A DNA stretch of 64,000 nucleotides from Macrostomum lignano. Taxonomy: Eukaryota. Both the position numbers and the translations under genes were made by a program. Positions 49,743 to 64,000 of this stretch are shown here, one piece after another (position 1 is the stretch's first letter; each line of letters begins with the position of its first letter). The DNA lies in NCBI GenBank assembly GCA_002269645.1, contig NIVC01001524.1, forward strand, positions 62,001 through 126,000, written 5' to 3'. Under the pieces are notes generated by a model. It did no database searches. It saw only the letters and a list, made by a program, of their open reading frames with translations, and was not told the DNA's origin.

Positions 49743-51449
49743 ATGTTGAGTTATCTTCAGTCGCTTATCGAAGACCCAAGGTCGCAGAGAAAGTTCGTTC
49801 TGGTCATTGTTTGTATCGCTCTGCTCCTAGACAACATGCTGTATATGGTGATCGTGCCCATCATTCCGCACTACCTGACCAACGTTACTAAGGAGTTGAG
49901 CGACCGTTACAGTCAGGTGTACATCTATAGCCAAAATGTCACTACTATGGTGAATGACACCGTAAGGCATCACATTAACAAAACCAGCATGACCAGATGG
50001 GGCATGCGGCGTTCCGAGTCAGCCGAGAGACAAATTGGCATGCTATTCGCTAGCAAAGCTTTTGTGCAGCTTCTCATTAACCCCATCAGCGGCACCATTA
50101 TTGACAAAGTCGGCTACGATCGACCCATGATGTTTGGACTGACGGTAATCTGCCTGTCAACAGTGGTGTTTGCCTTCGGGCACTCCTACGGGGTGATGAT
50201 GCTTGCTCGGAGTCTGCAAGGCGTTGGATCCGCGTTTGCCGATACCTCGGGACTGGCCATGATTGCCGATCGTTTCACCGAAGAATCCGAACGGACGAAA
50301 GCGCTCGGTATTGCACTGGCTTTCATCTCATTCGGATCTCTGGTTGCGCCGCCGTTTGGAGGTATCTTGTACGACCACTTCGGCAAGGTCCTGCCCTTCC
50401 TAGTGCTGTCCAGTATCGCTCTGATCGACGGCTGTCTCATGCTCATAGTGATGAAGCCAGTAAGAATTGAACGTCGTACCCAGAAGGCTACAGGAGACCT
50501 GCCGAAAGGTACGCCAATTTGGCGCCTTCTTAGAGACCCGTACATTGCCACCTGCGCTGGAGCCTTGGCCATGTCGAATGTCTCTCTGGCTTTTCTAGAG
50601 CCAACCATTTCAATGTGGATGGAAGAAAAACTGAAGACAACCAACACCGAGGAGGGCATGGTTTGGCTGCCATCATTTTTTCCACACGTGCTGGGCGTTT
50701 ACAGCACCGTTTATCTGGCTCGACGTTTTCCGAAATATCAATGGCTCATGGCTGCCGTTGGTTTGTCGCTTGAAGGCTTCTCCTGCTTGTGCGTACCATT
50801 CTGCAACAGCTTCGTGACGCTGATGATACCAATCTGTCTGCTGTGCTACGGCATCGCTCTGGTGGACACCGCCCTCCTGCCGACCCTCGCATTCGTCGTC
50901 GACCATCACTACTCCTCGGTGTACGGATCTGTGTACGCCATCGCCGATATTTCTTACAGCATGGCCTACGCGTTCGGGCCTGTGGTGGCGGCCGGTTTAG
51001 TTAAATCAATCAGCTTCACCGGAATGAATGTCGTCATCTTTCTGACTAACGTTCTCTACGCTCCGATTCTGCTGGTACTACGCAATGTCTACAAATACGA
51101 AGGTGAATTTATCGAGGGAGAAGGCGAGAACGTCGGCGGAGGCGGCGGCGGTGGCGAGGGCGTTTCGATTCAGAATGCGCCGAAGCCGCACATGCGGACC
51201 TACATGCTAAACGGTTCGGATTCAGTCGGGGCAAAACCACTGGACAGCAAAGACGACCCGTATGCTTCCATGCAGCCTCACGACGGCGGAAGCAACGTGC
51301 CGGCTTTTCAGACGGACTTCTCGAATGCATTCGGTCCTAACAGCGCAGGCAACGACTTTGCTCCGCCACGACCGCCGCCCCCGCCGCCCCCGCCGACCTA
51401 TACTCAGGCGCAGCAGCCGGGTTGGAAGAATCAGGGGCCGTTGGACTGA
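49743..51449 (+). CDS. VAChT: Vesicular acetylcholine transporter (SLC18A3 / unc-17 ortholog), intronless, 568 aa
   Basis: LVIVCIALLLDNMLYMVIVPIIP, GMLFASKAFVQL, ARSLQGVGSAFADTSGLAMIADRF, LEPTI, SVYGSVYAIADISYS; adjacent to ChAT. Confidence 0.97.
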   Translation: MLSYLQSLIEDPRSQRKFVLVIVCIALLLDNMLYMVIVPIIPHYLTNVTKELSDRYSQVYIYSQNVTTMVNDTVRHHINKTSMTRWGMRRSESAERQIGMLFASKAFVQLLINPISGTIIDKVGYDRPMMFGLTVICLSTVVFAFGHSYGVMMLARSLQGVGSAFADTSGLAMIADRFTEESERTKALGIALAFISFGSLVAPPFGGILYDHFGKVLPFLVLSSIALIDGCLMLIVMKPVRIERRTQKATGDLPKGTPIWRLLRDPYIATCAGALAMSNVSLAFLEPTISMWMEEKLKTTNTEEGMVWLPSFFPHVLGVYSTVYLARRFPKYQWLMAAVGLSLEGFSCLCVPFCNSFVTLMIPICLLCYGIALVDTALLPTLAFVVDHHYSSVYGSVYAIADISYSMAYAFGPVVAAGLVKSISFTGMNVVIFLTNVLYAPILLVLRNVYKYEGEFIEGEGENVGGGGGGGEGVSIQNAPKPHMRTYMLNGSDSVGAKPLDSKDDPYASMQPHDGGSNVPAFQTDFSNAFGPNSAGNDFAPPRPPPPPPPPTYTQAQQPGWKNQGPLD

Positions 51450-54400
51450 GAGAAACAGACTTGAAAGAGAAATTTGAGCTGCTATTGATCCGATGAGAGA
51501 GCATCGATCAGCGAGAACACATTGCTTTGCTTTGTTGTCGTTTTCAACACTGTTGTCGTGACAATATGACGAAAAAACCAGCGCCATATTATGAAAAGTT
51601 TCCAAGAACTAACCATTTCTTTGCCGTTCTCTTAGCAAAAATGTTTAAATGCAACAATATAGCATTGCACTTATTCTGATTGACTGTGTAAAATTTAATT
51701 TTGAATTCTTTTTTGTTTATCTGTCAGTAGTGAAACTTTTACTGTTGTATTCGGTGATCTATGAAATAATCTCACGCTTATTTAATTTAAACTTGCTTGC
51801 TAGCAAAAATGTTTAGCGCATATATTTTTTGTTTTGTTTAAAACGCATATTGTAATTAGTAGAGATACCCCTCATCTGTCAAAAATGGTTGTCAATTTTG
51901 AACAGATTACAATATTATCTTTGTTAACCCGTAAATCTTGATTATATTGTCGCTTGTCGCTATATTGTCGAAGTATTACAGCATGTCAACTTTGGTGTGT
52001 GTTTCAGTGTTAGTAACAATGCCTGCAATTTTTTTGCTTTTAATTTTGCTTCAATATGCTTTTTCGAAAAATATCCTCTAATTTGATAGTTAGCTCGTAT
52101 TAGCAACAGAACTGTAGCCTAAACAGAACTTTTTCATTAGATAATCTCTGAGTCGTAGCAGCTCTTTACGTTCGTATGTAGTTTTTTCAACGCACGCTTA
52201 ATAGATTCTTACCTTGCAAAATTATTATAATTAGCAATTTTTTTCTGCGGAAGATTTTTAGGCCAATTCGACAGCGTAAGTTTCAACGCTTCAACTGTGT
52301 TTTCTCTGTCTGATTAAACAATTATGTCTGAATGCTTTGGAACGCGATGAATGTTTTTGATTGGAAATAAAAACTACTCAAATCTTTTTAGGGGTGAAAA
52401 ATTGTTGAACTTGCTCATTTCTACATTAGAAAGCCTACTAATATCGTAGATGTGACTGTGACACACCATAGCAATCCCCAGTTCAGCATTCGCTAATCAG
52501 AGTCAGCATGGGAATTCCAGGGCCCAGTCGATGAAATTCAACCTTCCAAATCCCTACGGTGCGGCAATCCCATCGCGATAGGTATTTTCTGCCGAAAAGA
52601 GGGAAAATGAGAGATAATCGGACTGTCGGGATGAGAGCAGCATGGAGAAAAAGTCAAAAATATTCCCCAGCCGAGAGTTGCAGATCAGTGCTAGGATTGG
52701 GGAAGTGAAAATTTAATCTAATGACGCCGGGAGGGGACGGTCAAGAGCCATGCCGGGCTTATCAACTCGTTGGCGGAACGAGTCGAGGAGCAGCTCACCA
52801 GCCTCCCAAAAAGAATCCACGAATTCTTTCGCTCATCTGTCGTCGACCAGCCAGTCATTGCATATCCCGCCCCCATAGTTCTTCTCCTCTCACCGCTCGC
52901 ATTCTCGCCAATCCCCAAGGGGGAGATCGAGTGAGGGCCAGCCCCCTCGCACGAAGGCTTCTTGTCGACTGTGCGGGTGGGGGGGGCAGATCGTTCGTGA
53001 GGCGGCGCAAAATTGGGCTCATTTTCTCCCGAGCTGACGGGGAGGGGCGGCGGAGCAACTCGACAGCTATAGCGAGGGCCCGCATCTAAGGAGGCGGCGG
53101 AATGAGAGCTGCAGACAAGGATATACTGTCATCGAATGCCCAGACAGAGATATGTCTGAGCATCGACGGGGGGGCTGGCCATTTTATTGAGCCAATTTTC
53201 TGGTCCTTTGTACAAAAAGGCCCGCATAGAACTGAAGGTAGAGAGATTGCCTTCGAGCTAGGCGGGTAACTAAGTTTGCCGCAGCCCCTCCTCTGCATAG
53301 AACAGTCCCATATGAGCCACGGGCTCCCGGCTCTCGCTGAGAAGTGCGTCCGGTAGGACCCAAAGTGACGAATGCCTTCACGTGGCTGGCTGCTGCCTAA
53401 TGAGCGTAGATTGATGCAACAAGGGAGCGTTGATGAGTCTCTCTGGACTTGAAGGGGGGCGACTGTTGATGCGCCAGTGGAAGTCCATATTTTTTTCTTC
53501 GCGCAAGAGGCATTGATTTTTTCTCCATCTTTTTTCCGTCCATCTTTTCCACTCCGTCCTTCTCTCGCTCACTTTGCCTTATTTAGCCAATGATTTGGAT
53601 GAGGCGTTCAATTTGTTGGGGGACGGCACTTTCTCGGCTTTTTTTGAGGAAGCTTTGCAGCTTTTCCAACTTTGCGCTTTCTCACCAGCTATCCAGCCAA
53701 GCAGATTCCGCCATCACTCTCCCCCTCCCTGCAGAGTCCCGACGCGTTTTTTGGAGTGGTTTGTGGAGTCCCTCCCTGAGAGAGTGTTGCAGCTGGAAAG
53801 CCTTCCTCATCAACAACTTCCTTCTTTTAAAAGAGAAGGAGATTTTTGAATCAATCAATGTTTTCTTGGTGATGAGCTTCTTGGCTATGTCTTGTAGCCT
53901 CATGTCATAAAAATTTACTTGCCTGAAACTTTTCAAGGGCAAAACGATTGTGGGAATGTAGGAAATAAGCAACTAGAAAGGGACGAGAAAAAGAGATCTA
54001 TTTTATCAGATGAGCATTTTAGCGCCGATGCCTCTCAATGTCTGAGTACGCTATTTGTTTAGTGTCTGCAGCGCTCACCCATCATGTTAATCCTGTCCAA
54101 CCCAAGAGCTGCTGAGCTCCAAACTCTTGAATAGCAAAAAATAACTGGGGTCTATTGTAGGCTTTCAGAATAGACACACACACACAGATGTGAGAGTAGG
54201 GGCCGCTGTGTGCATGCCCACCGTCCTGCAAATATTCCATAAATATGCAATCGAGGCATCCAGCTGGCTGTCGGTGAGTCTCTCAACGCTCTGCACTGCT
54301 CAGGAGGAGGTTTTGCTAGCCGAAAGGCCTCAGTCCTTCAGGACAAGCAGCCTGCGAGTAGAGGCTGAGTAGAAATTATAGATTCCAAACTTTAACTAAC

Positions 54401-54773
54401 CAGTCACAGACTCATTTTTCGGCCCCGTTCGATTAAGTCACCATCATCAAGTTGAGCTTGGAAGTTTCTGGGGCAGCCAGAAGTGGGAGGTGAGGGGCAG
54501 AAGCTGGGGGAGAGTTTATGTAACCAAACTGAAGGAGCGCCAAGGCCAAAACTGGTCTCCACTCACTTAACTGCCTTCTCTTCTTACCCCTCTAAACTTT
54601 CCTTCTAAAAGTGTTTTAGTTAGTTTTGCCTGGCTAAAAATAGAGCGCGCTTGCTAGGCGGACCCAAGGACCAAACGACACTGAAAATCTTCCCACTCAG
54701 CAAATAATTTTTGCCTTTCCTTGCTGGTCACTTCAGCGAAGCTTCAGCAGCTCCAGCAGCATCCAAAACGAGA

Positions 54774-57700
54774 ATGCCGGTCCACCCAGTTAAAGAGTTT
54801 GTCCGTCGAATCTCGTCCAAAGACTTGGACGAGTACCCAAATTGGGATCTGTCGGTAAGTTCTTTTGGAAGACATTGATTTCTTTGTTAGTTACATTTGT
54901 GCTCAACTTCTCAACTATATGTTTCTGTTGGGTCCTTGGGACTAATGGGGCCGACTAGGTTGGAAAAGTTCCATAGGCAGCCCCTGTCGGCATGGAAGCA
55001 CTTGGAAAGTTTATTCAATCAAGAGCTTCATTTGGCCCCAGCATAATGCAATGACGGGGAAATGAATTACCGTAATGAGGATTAGTCAGATTTCGATTTT
55101 CTTCCACTGGTGGCTAAATTTGGACCACTTGTTAGCCAGTGCAAATGTGCTTCTTAAAGGCTGTAGAGGCACCTTCAATCGATCGCGTAAAATGAAAAAA
55201 TAAATCAACTTTTACTGCTGAATCTTTTAAAATAAAAGACTACTTAAGACAGACTCAAAAGCGTTTCAAGTTTTAGTAGTTTACTTTGGTAAAACAAGAA
55301 TAACAAACCCTACCTAGGGATTTATATATTGAAGAATTTGTTGAATATCCTGTCGGTATAGAGTGATGTCGCATTGTTGCTTGCTGTTAACGTGTTGCTG
55401 TTAACATAATGCTCAAACTGATGCTAAACTTGTTTCTTTTTCTATGAAGCGACCGCTACCGAAGCTGCCAGTGCCAGATCTGCACGCCACCCTCACCATG
55501 TACCTGAAACTGGTCGAGCCAGTTGTATCCGAGGAGAAGTACGCCAATACGGCTCGCATTGTGCAGGAATTTATTCGACCTGGTGGCGTTGGAGAACAGC
55601 TGCAGAAACAGCTGGTTGAAACTGCTAAGACCAAGGATAATTGGGTGAGACAAATAAGATTGTTTTGACTAAGGTTTATTTAGTCAACTAGCATCCAAGG
55701 ACAACAAAAGAATAACTCTACACTTTATCTTCTCGTAGAAATAAGGTGGAGGCCGCTAACGAACGTAGCCAGTATATTTGTCATATTTATTAGGGCATTA
55801 AGTACTCGTAGTTAAAAATAGGCGAAATAGTCTATGGTCAAACCCCGTTTAGCGTTATGCATTATTTAGGACATACTAAACCCACTAGCGATATAACAGA
55901 CACGTCCTTTACTGGCCTCCAGCACATTTCTAAAAAAATCCTGCCTAGGATGCTTCTTATTTTATAGTCTTTTGTTTATGCTGTTCATTATTTTTTTACC
56001 TCATGCAGAAACGCTTCGGCGACATCGAACCACAACTTGCTCTGACGGCAATTCTGCTCAATCCACTTACTCCTGATCACTCCTGTACTCCTGTACTCCT
56101 GTACACTCTATGTGACGTTTTGTCTCCCAGTCTGAAGCTTCCCTGCTAACTAATTCCTTTTCTCAATAATAAATGCCAATTTACCAAACCGTAGGAGCTC
56201 AAGATGGATTGCTAATAAAGGTAACTCAAGATAAATATCAAACCGAAACGGGGGCGCGGGGAGTAGCGCCGCATGAAATATTCGCCGTATCAACAATTGC
56301 TTGAGTAGAGTCGGGCAGCGACAGGGCAAACCCCTCACGGGGGCAGTGAAGAAACATGAGCATAGCTTCATGCTTTTCCTAGGCATTTCTCACCCTGCAG
56401 CCTCCCCCCTGTCCCAGTCTCTCTCGTTAATTATCCAAGCGAATATCGACCCTAGCAAATGCTGAATAAGTGCGCATTGGTAACTACGGTGCAGGCGTAC
56501 TGCCTCTTCTCTGCTTTCCCATTCTCTCTCCTTCCTCATCTTCTCCGTCGCTTGAGCTAGAATTTCTCAACAGAAAAGAAGTAGAAGAAAGGCGTTTGGA
56601 TGCTTCATTTGAGAGCTACGATAGTTTTTTGCTAGGCGCTTCTGGCAGGAAAAAGAAGTTTAAATAAGAAGTGGAGGCTTGCCAATCGACCAATTCCGAC
56701 AGAAGTCAATCTCGATCGTGTGCCACGAAATTTACTCCGTCTGTGCTGGCATCTGGGTCTCCGCCAAGAATTACTAATGGAGTGGGGGCGATCCTCATGT
56801 TTTCTTTAGCTGTTTCGCTATTTGCTTTTCTCATCTGTTTGTTGAGCGTTCGTGTCAAGGATGACCTCGCTTTTATTTTATTAGCCCCGGAACGCGACGC
56901 GAAAATTTGGCGAGTAAATATGAATAGTTCGGGTCCTTTCTTGTAGTTTTTCTTGTTCAGAATTGTTCAGGAACTGCCGCTCAAATTGTCAAGGGGATTA
57001 AATTACACATTGAGTGGTAAAAATCATCTGCGCGAGATTTAAGAGCATCCTCCTAATTGGGAAAGATGGCAGAGGGCGTTGTTCTTGACCTCTCGTCTCA
57101 CGTGCAAACTGCGTGTTTGACTCCGAAATTGCTATAGCAAACACAGGCTTGATGCTTTATAAAAAGGCTTACCATTTTTGCTCAAAAAATTATTAATTGA
57201 TTGGTTTTTCAGGTGAGCGATTGGTGGCTAGACGACATGTACCTGTGCAACCCGCTGCCGCTGCCAGTGAACTCTAATCCTGGACTCGTGTTCCCGCGCA
57301 CAAGTTTCGAAAGCGAACGGGAGCAGCTGCGGTAATCATATTTCGAACGGTAGAAGTTCATCATGTTTTTTTCATGCTTTTTTTTGTTGGCGTCAACGTT
57401 TGAGAACTGCGTGCAAAGTATTTATCTGTCATGGTTTACTGACTCAGCTGCAGTGGTTTATAAGCATCCGCATGTAGAGGACAGAAGTCACAACCGATGC
57501 CGCTAACCCCGGTGGACCCGGTGTCTGCAGCGCGGTCCCCCTTCGGAGAGTCCAGGGGGGGGGGGGTGAATGTCGCTCGCTTGCCTTAGGTAGCGAATGA
57601 AATGGCAGCCATTCTAGGGCTTAAAAACGTTGAAGAGTTCCAAGTTTGGGCTGAGGTAGGTAACCCTGTCTATCGAAGCAGCCATGACCTGAGAGGGTCA

Positions 57701-60700
57701 CGGTTACTATGGTTACCGCGCTGATGTCCCTGTGGTTGAGTGCAAGCAGGGCCCCGCGGAGGGCAGGGAAGGGCGGGGCAGTTTATGTGGCGATAAAATG
57801 GGGCGGCCCATTTTTTCTACGGAAGGCATCAATATAAGTGACATAGCTTATAATTTAGGTCTTTCTGCCACAGAAACTAAAGTAAGAACCATGAATCGTC
57901 CTTTAAAATTTACGAAGAAACGTAGTACTACTATATCGATAAGGCCGTATGAATAAAGTAATCAATTGCTCACTAGCTAAATCTTCCTGTTTTGAGTTGG
58001 AACAAGTGCTCAAAGGTGCGAAATGAATGAATAAAGAATTATCTCAAATTTGTAACAATTTAAACTTTGTTCTGTTGAGTCCAACCCCACATGCGACGAA
58101 AAAATCCGATTTTTCAATCAGCGAAAGACCGCAGAATGGATGGATAATTATACGACAAGACCGAAGTCTTTCTGAAAGTGGCTAGCCGACGAGAATGAAA
58201 GAACTCACACAGTCCAAAAATCGATTCTTGAAGGAAATGAGAATAGCAGGCGAACGCGGAAACTTTAGTCTATAATTTTCTTCTTCTTACCTGCTCTCGC
58301 CTTTACGTCTCTCAGGACCGACGCCCCCCCCCGCGTCTTGATCAGCCCCTCCCATGCAGGTGAAGTCTGAGAAAAGACACCTTGAATTCGGATGGCGAGG
58401 CCAAACCTGGAGGAGCAGGCACTCTCGCTCTCTCTCTGGGAAACTATCAGGTGTGCTGCATCAGGTAATTGACGAAGAATAAGAAAAAAAGGCAGCTCAC
58501 TAGCTCGCTTCGTGCTGACGTTGACAGAAGATCCTCGAGTTCGATTCTATTCGGTTTGATTCACCGCTGTCTCTCTCTCTCTCTCCTGCAGGAATCCGTG
58601 TCTTTTTCGAAAGCAGCACAGCTGCAGGGTTGATAAAAAGCGGAGCAAAGAACCGAGTGGAGGGGTAGTTTTGCAAGGAAAAAATTACAGGTTGCTAGAA
58701 GCACAAATCAAAGAGTGATTGCTGAAGCAGAGATCCACAGAAAATATTTACTTTCATCTGAGAGAGGGTCGTTTTTTGCTTCACTTTGCTTTCAAAACAA
58801 AGTCAATAACAGAGATTTTCAAAGCAAATATTGTTTTTTTTGTTTAAAATTTCCTTCACATGCAATAATTGATCATCAGTAATTAACATATTAGATGACT
58901 TTCAGCAACTGCTGCATGAGCATTCGAATCTGAACTGGATTTTTGACAAAGTTTGTGGCTTCACATCAGTCCGCTTGCTAGAAAGGTTGCTGCTACATCC
59001 TCATTTGGCTGGGTTTTTGGATATGAAACTCTGCGGGGCTCACGCGAAACTGAGGTAGCAACCGACTGATGTGTGATATTGAGCTCCTATCGCGAAGGAA
59101 CAGCGATAATGTTTACGCAACCTTTGCGTGCTGACTCTCCATAAAAACAGTATTTTTGTTTCCTAGCTCGTACTAACAGACATTTGAAAGTCTTAAAAAT
59201 TCGAAAACCTTTTAGAAAGACTTTTGATTCAACTCGCCCGTCGAGAGAAGAAAATCCTGCTCTTCTTATCGTGACGGGAAATCAATGGATTAAAACATTG
59301 GGAAAAATTTTCGATTGCATCTCGAGCGGCTATACGAAACACGCGGATGGGCTGCGTGGCCTCAACATCTACCTTAGTATCGCACCAAAATCAGTTAGAT
59401 TTTTTGTTAGCATTTGGCACGCTATAGGAATTTCCCGTATCGCCAGCATTTGCGTCTCGAGTTTCCTAGAAAACTTTATCGTAAATTCAAATCTTCCGTC
59501 GTGTGTAAAAACATCTGCAAGTAAAAAGCTTTAGGATCGTTAGTCGGGTGAAGGATAGCCAGGTAGATAGGTGTTGAACCTCGCCTCATAAGATTAAAGT
59601 CAGCTCAGTAACGAACAACTGGTTTGAGTAGTGAAAGAAGAAAAAGAAGCTAAATGAGGATCGGGCAATTGGTCGCTAGACACGACTCTCTCTGTCTTCT
59701 CCAACTTCACCAGCATCCATCTCTCTCCCCATAGCCAAGAAGTGCTTCTATACTTTCACTTTACTTACTTATTTCGATGTATCTCTTCGTTACACTGCCG
59801 AGCGCCTACAAAGTCAAGGATGGGCCTCTAGATACTCCCCGCTTCGTTGAGAGAGGACCTTCGAACCAAGTGTTAGGATAAGTGAATTAAGCTCTTTCTC
59901 GGGCTAAAAACCCGATAGAGTGAAGGAGGCTGGTTGAGGCCCGTCGACTGGGATGGCCCACCGGCCCGTGTTTTCTCGAGTCCTCGGACCGGCTCGGCCA
60001 ACCCCCTCCCACCCTCCTAGCAATAGCGGCGGCGCAACCGAACGCTCGAAATTAAATGCAAATGAAGTGGAACACACAGCGACAGCCCGAATGTATGATG
60101 CTAGTGCGCGGCACCGCCTCCCCAGCCCCTCGGTTCGGCCCATGGGCTAAATTGACCAACGGTAGCGAGCAGACACTGTGCCGCTAACTACCCGTCTCCC
60201 ACTTCTCGCGCACTCGAGTCCGAAACTCCTCCTGTAGCTACTTGGTTCGTCCCCAATCCATGCGCCGGCCCCTCCCCACCGACAACTTCATTAACCATTT
60301 GAGCGTGCGTTTTGGCGTTGATTGCTCCACTGTTCCAGGCCGAGGACTGCGCTGGCTGTCCTGTGCTCGCGCAACCGCATAAAAGTATATCCTAGGAGAC
60401 AAGTGTTGTTTTTTTGCTTTGCCCTCTATCCTTCTTCTCGAGTCCTGTCGAGCTCTCATCGATGAGGGCATCTCTTGCGTGACTAAGACGCCGGCATGCG
60501 GGCTGGTCGTTCGGGCCTTCTATCATCATATTTCTACTTTTTTCCTATGCTCCTTTTCTCTGTCGGCCTACCCTTCCTGCCAAGGAACATTTTCTGTCTT
60601 GCTGTGTCTCTCGTCTGCTCGTCGATATATCAGTGCTCTGGCAAAGTGTGGACGAAAATTGGAACTTGCATAGCGCCATATAGAATACAAGTGCAGATGC

Positions 60701-63288
60701 TCGAAAATTAAAAGCAAGGCTAAGTAAAGTAATGGGAAAGATTTCGTGACTTGTCAGGCAACTGAACTAATGACTGTGGCTGGCCCGCAATCGAGAAATG
60801 CGCTCTAAATTCGAATTCAAAAGACAGATGACTGCACGAAAGTCCAATAAGAGTTGCGAATAGAAGTCGAGGGTGGCACCACCAAAGATTCAAAAACTAC
60901 TTTCAAATTGACACACGTCAACACTTATACGCCAAAAAGGTCTTCATGCGCTTTGGCACAACATTGTTTCCTTGATTCCAAATCCCAAGACATCCTCAGA
61001 TCGTTTGTACACCCAGATGCCCCTTCGAGTTGCAAAAGGAAGACTGAATCAACAAACAGTCGTGATAAATTTGGTGGTAGGGCAATCAGTGCGGGTCGGA
61101 AGGGTTTATTAAGCAAACATTTCGGCCAAGATTAAAGAATCACGGAGAGGTTGCTACTACGGTATGCTCATACCAATTCAATCCTCTCTTGGTACTTTCG
61201 CTCAAGCCCTCCTTTGCGTATGCTATTTCTGAGGCGAAATTGCTCAGAGAATTCGACCAGACAAGTTGGAAGACTTGGGATGGAGCAACAAGTTAATATA
61301 TTGCTTCAGCTCAACCGACGTACTGGAGCGCGCGCCAGCAATTGCATGGCTTGAGTTCGACATTTCGAGGATATTCAGACTAGCCGTATCTGATTTTTAC
61401 TGCGAAAAGTCACTCAATCTTCGCAGTGCATGCGAGCAAAATCCCTTGGGGATTTCGGAGCAGGTTCTGTCTGATTTAACCCTCAACCCCATTTCTCCCT
61501 GCGCGATCGAATTGATGTTCCCACAGAATCGGCTGGATGTAGAATCAACTTAATTGCTACTTGGAAAGATTGCTTCCCCCAGCAAATTCGGGGAGTTGTT
61601 GCGGGCAGGAAAGAGATATGAGCACTTAGTGAACTCGCCGTCCGACTCAAAGTTTCTAACTGAACTTCTTTCTGATCCCTGCTAAGCATCAGTCCGACAA
61701 GTTCATGAGATTCTGACCTAGAACCTACAAGTTTGGCATTCGGGGAAGCCGTCCGTTCATAATAATTATGCAACACCTGAAGTCAATCTTCAGTTCGCTA
61801 GTACCTCAAATAAGCAGACAGATGGTTCTGTAAGCTTCTGTAAGCTGTCAAAAGGGTTTTATAAAACAGCAGCGTCCGGATGACTTGCTCGTTGCCAATC
61901 TTGAAGGCGGCGCACAGCAGTTCAGCAACTGTGAAACAACGTCACCCTTCAACGTTCAGGAAGAGCCTAAGACACCCCTAACAGGACAAAAGGTGACTTA
62001 GATGATGAAACCAACCTTCCATAAATAGAAGTCCGTGACATCGCACAACGACTCCGACTTTCTCCTTGTAAGAAAAGAAAAAAATATGCATATTTTTCTA
62101 TTGTATTAATTTATATTTACTTTGGGAATTGTGACGGGCGTTCTAAGATCTTTGTCGAGCAATGCCAACAAATATGGTTACTTCTCTAGCTAAAGGCAAA
62201 GAATAACCGAGTCAAGAAAACGCAGGAGTTTTCCACTTTATCGAAAGAAAACGGCGTTTGTATCAGGCATCTCTGACCCACTTAGCGGATGAAGGATTCC
62301 TAGTAGTCAGGACTGAGGATTCGCTTCTCCTTTGATCACGTTTTCTCCTGTAAACTGCCGTTGCAGGTTCGCCGCCCAGCTGATTACGGGAATCTTCGAC
62401 TACAAAACGATACTGGACGAGTAAGTTGCCCTCATTTTTTTACGGCAAAGTTTCCTTTTCGTCCAGACGAAAAAATTGTTCCATTGAAAGTTTCCATCGC
62501 ACGGACCCAATTAAGACCTCTCTCCCCTGTGGCAACTGGCCGTGGGCCTGTATTTCATTAATCCGCTCAATATAGGGGCCGCTGCCTCTCTGACAGTCGG
62601 GCACCGGAGTTGCTCATTTTCTCTTTTATTCCTGGCAATCAGAAATTCGCTCTCGGCCCACTAATTAACGGGAATGCAGCGGCAGGAACAGGTCCGAGTC
62701 CTGGGGAGGGGGGCTACCGGGGGGAGTTATTATTCTTCTCAACTTTCCCAGCCCTCCCAAATCCAGTTTGGAATGACGTGAATTCTCAACTTTTTATCCT
62801 CCTCAAGGAACTTCGCTTTTAATTTGAAATATTTCTTTTCTCTTAGTATAAACGAATGGCTCGATTTTTTTCCTATTCCTCTTTTATGCAGCTCTTTTTA
62901 CTTTTAGCTTAATTAGTGAAACACTTGCGCTTTTTCGGGGGGCTGGAAAGTTTTTATCGACTGTCAATTAAGGCCTAAGACTTTAGTCTCGAATGAGTCC
63001 TCAACATTCTTCTTAGTCAGTGGGTTCGGAGACTTTCAGAAAAGTTTTGCGTGATATCTGCCGTTGCTAATGGCTTCTTTTCACGACAGTTCCACTGCAC
63101 TTTTCAGTCGTAACCTGCCAGTTGAACGAGTGAGGCACCATCGCAAAGGTCAGCCGCTGTGCATGGAACAGTACTATCGTCTGTTCTCATCCTACAGGCG
63201 ACCGGGAACGGAGAAGGACCAACAGATTCTCAATATGAATCGCGACCCCTTTGATCCGGAGTACGTCATTGTCGCTTGCAATGACCAG
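54774..63288 (+). CDS. ChAT: Choline acetyltransferase, 5' part; exons 54774-54854, 55450-55644, 57213-57331, 62367-62420, 63108-63288; continues beyond the window
   Basis: [71 protein letters not shown]; GT-AG junctions with consistent phases 0,0,2,2. Confidence 0.93.
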
Positions 63289-63337
63289 GTGTGTGATGGA
63301 TCTGACTATCTAACTCGTATATCTATCTTTCAATATA

Positions 63338-64000
<663 letters not shown>

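Noticed and set aside
50186-51605. Antisense and alternate-frame ORFs over VAChT, and over pol/env (27516-27872, 29611-30718, 31473-32837)
   Set aside because: Shadow ORFs of real coding sequence.
52500-53900. Possible decayed LINE (RT/RNase H-like) between VAChT and ChAT
   Set aside because: Only vague motifs across many stops; cannot be supported without a profile search.

Overview
AT-rich, intron-containing and repeat-rich invertebrate genomic DNA. GATA arrays, many minisatellites and a VAChT/ChAT locus suggest a flatworm such as Macrostomum (inference only). Host genes: (1) a 3-exon gene at 1802-7138 encoding ankyrin-like repeats fused to a Mab-21/cGAS-like nucleotidyltransferase with a C-terminal membrane anchor, plus a repeat-only paralog at 43091-43738; (2) a small spliced secreted prepropeptide gene at 35645-35986 (minus) that the ORF track misses; (3) the cholinergic locus, with intronless VAChT at 49743-51449 followed by five ChAT coding exons at 54774-63288 (gene continues beyond the window). 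Mobile DNA: a CACTA/EnSpm-type transposon with a divergent DUF4806/BEN-like gene, CORE-type SINEs, an RTE LINE fragment, a Penelope-like terminus with a candidate minimal hammerhead ribozyme, a deleted Ginger/GIN-like integrase, and a highly unusual Ty3/gypsy element. In that element a herpes gB-like (class III) envelope lies upstream of, and in frame with, PR-RT-RH-IN; no gag is recognisable and extra 3' ORFs follow pol. All four frameshifts in the two long ORFs are single missing bases in homopolymers, so they are probably assembly errors.
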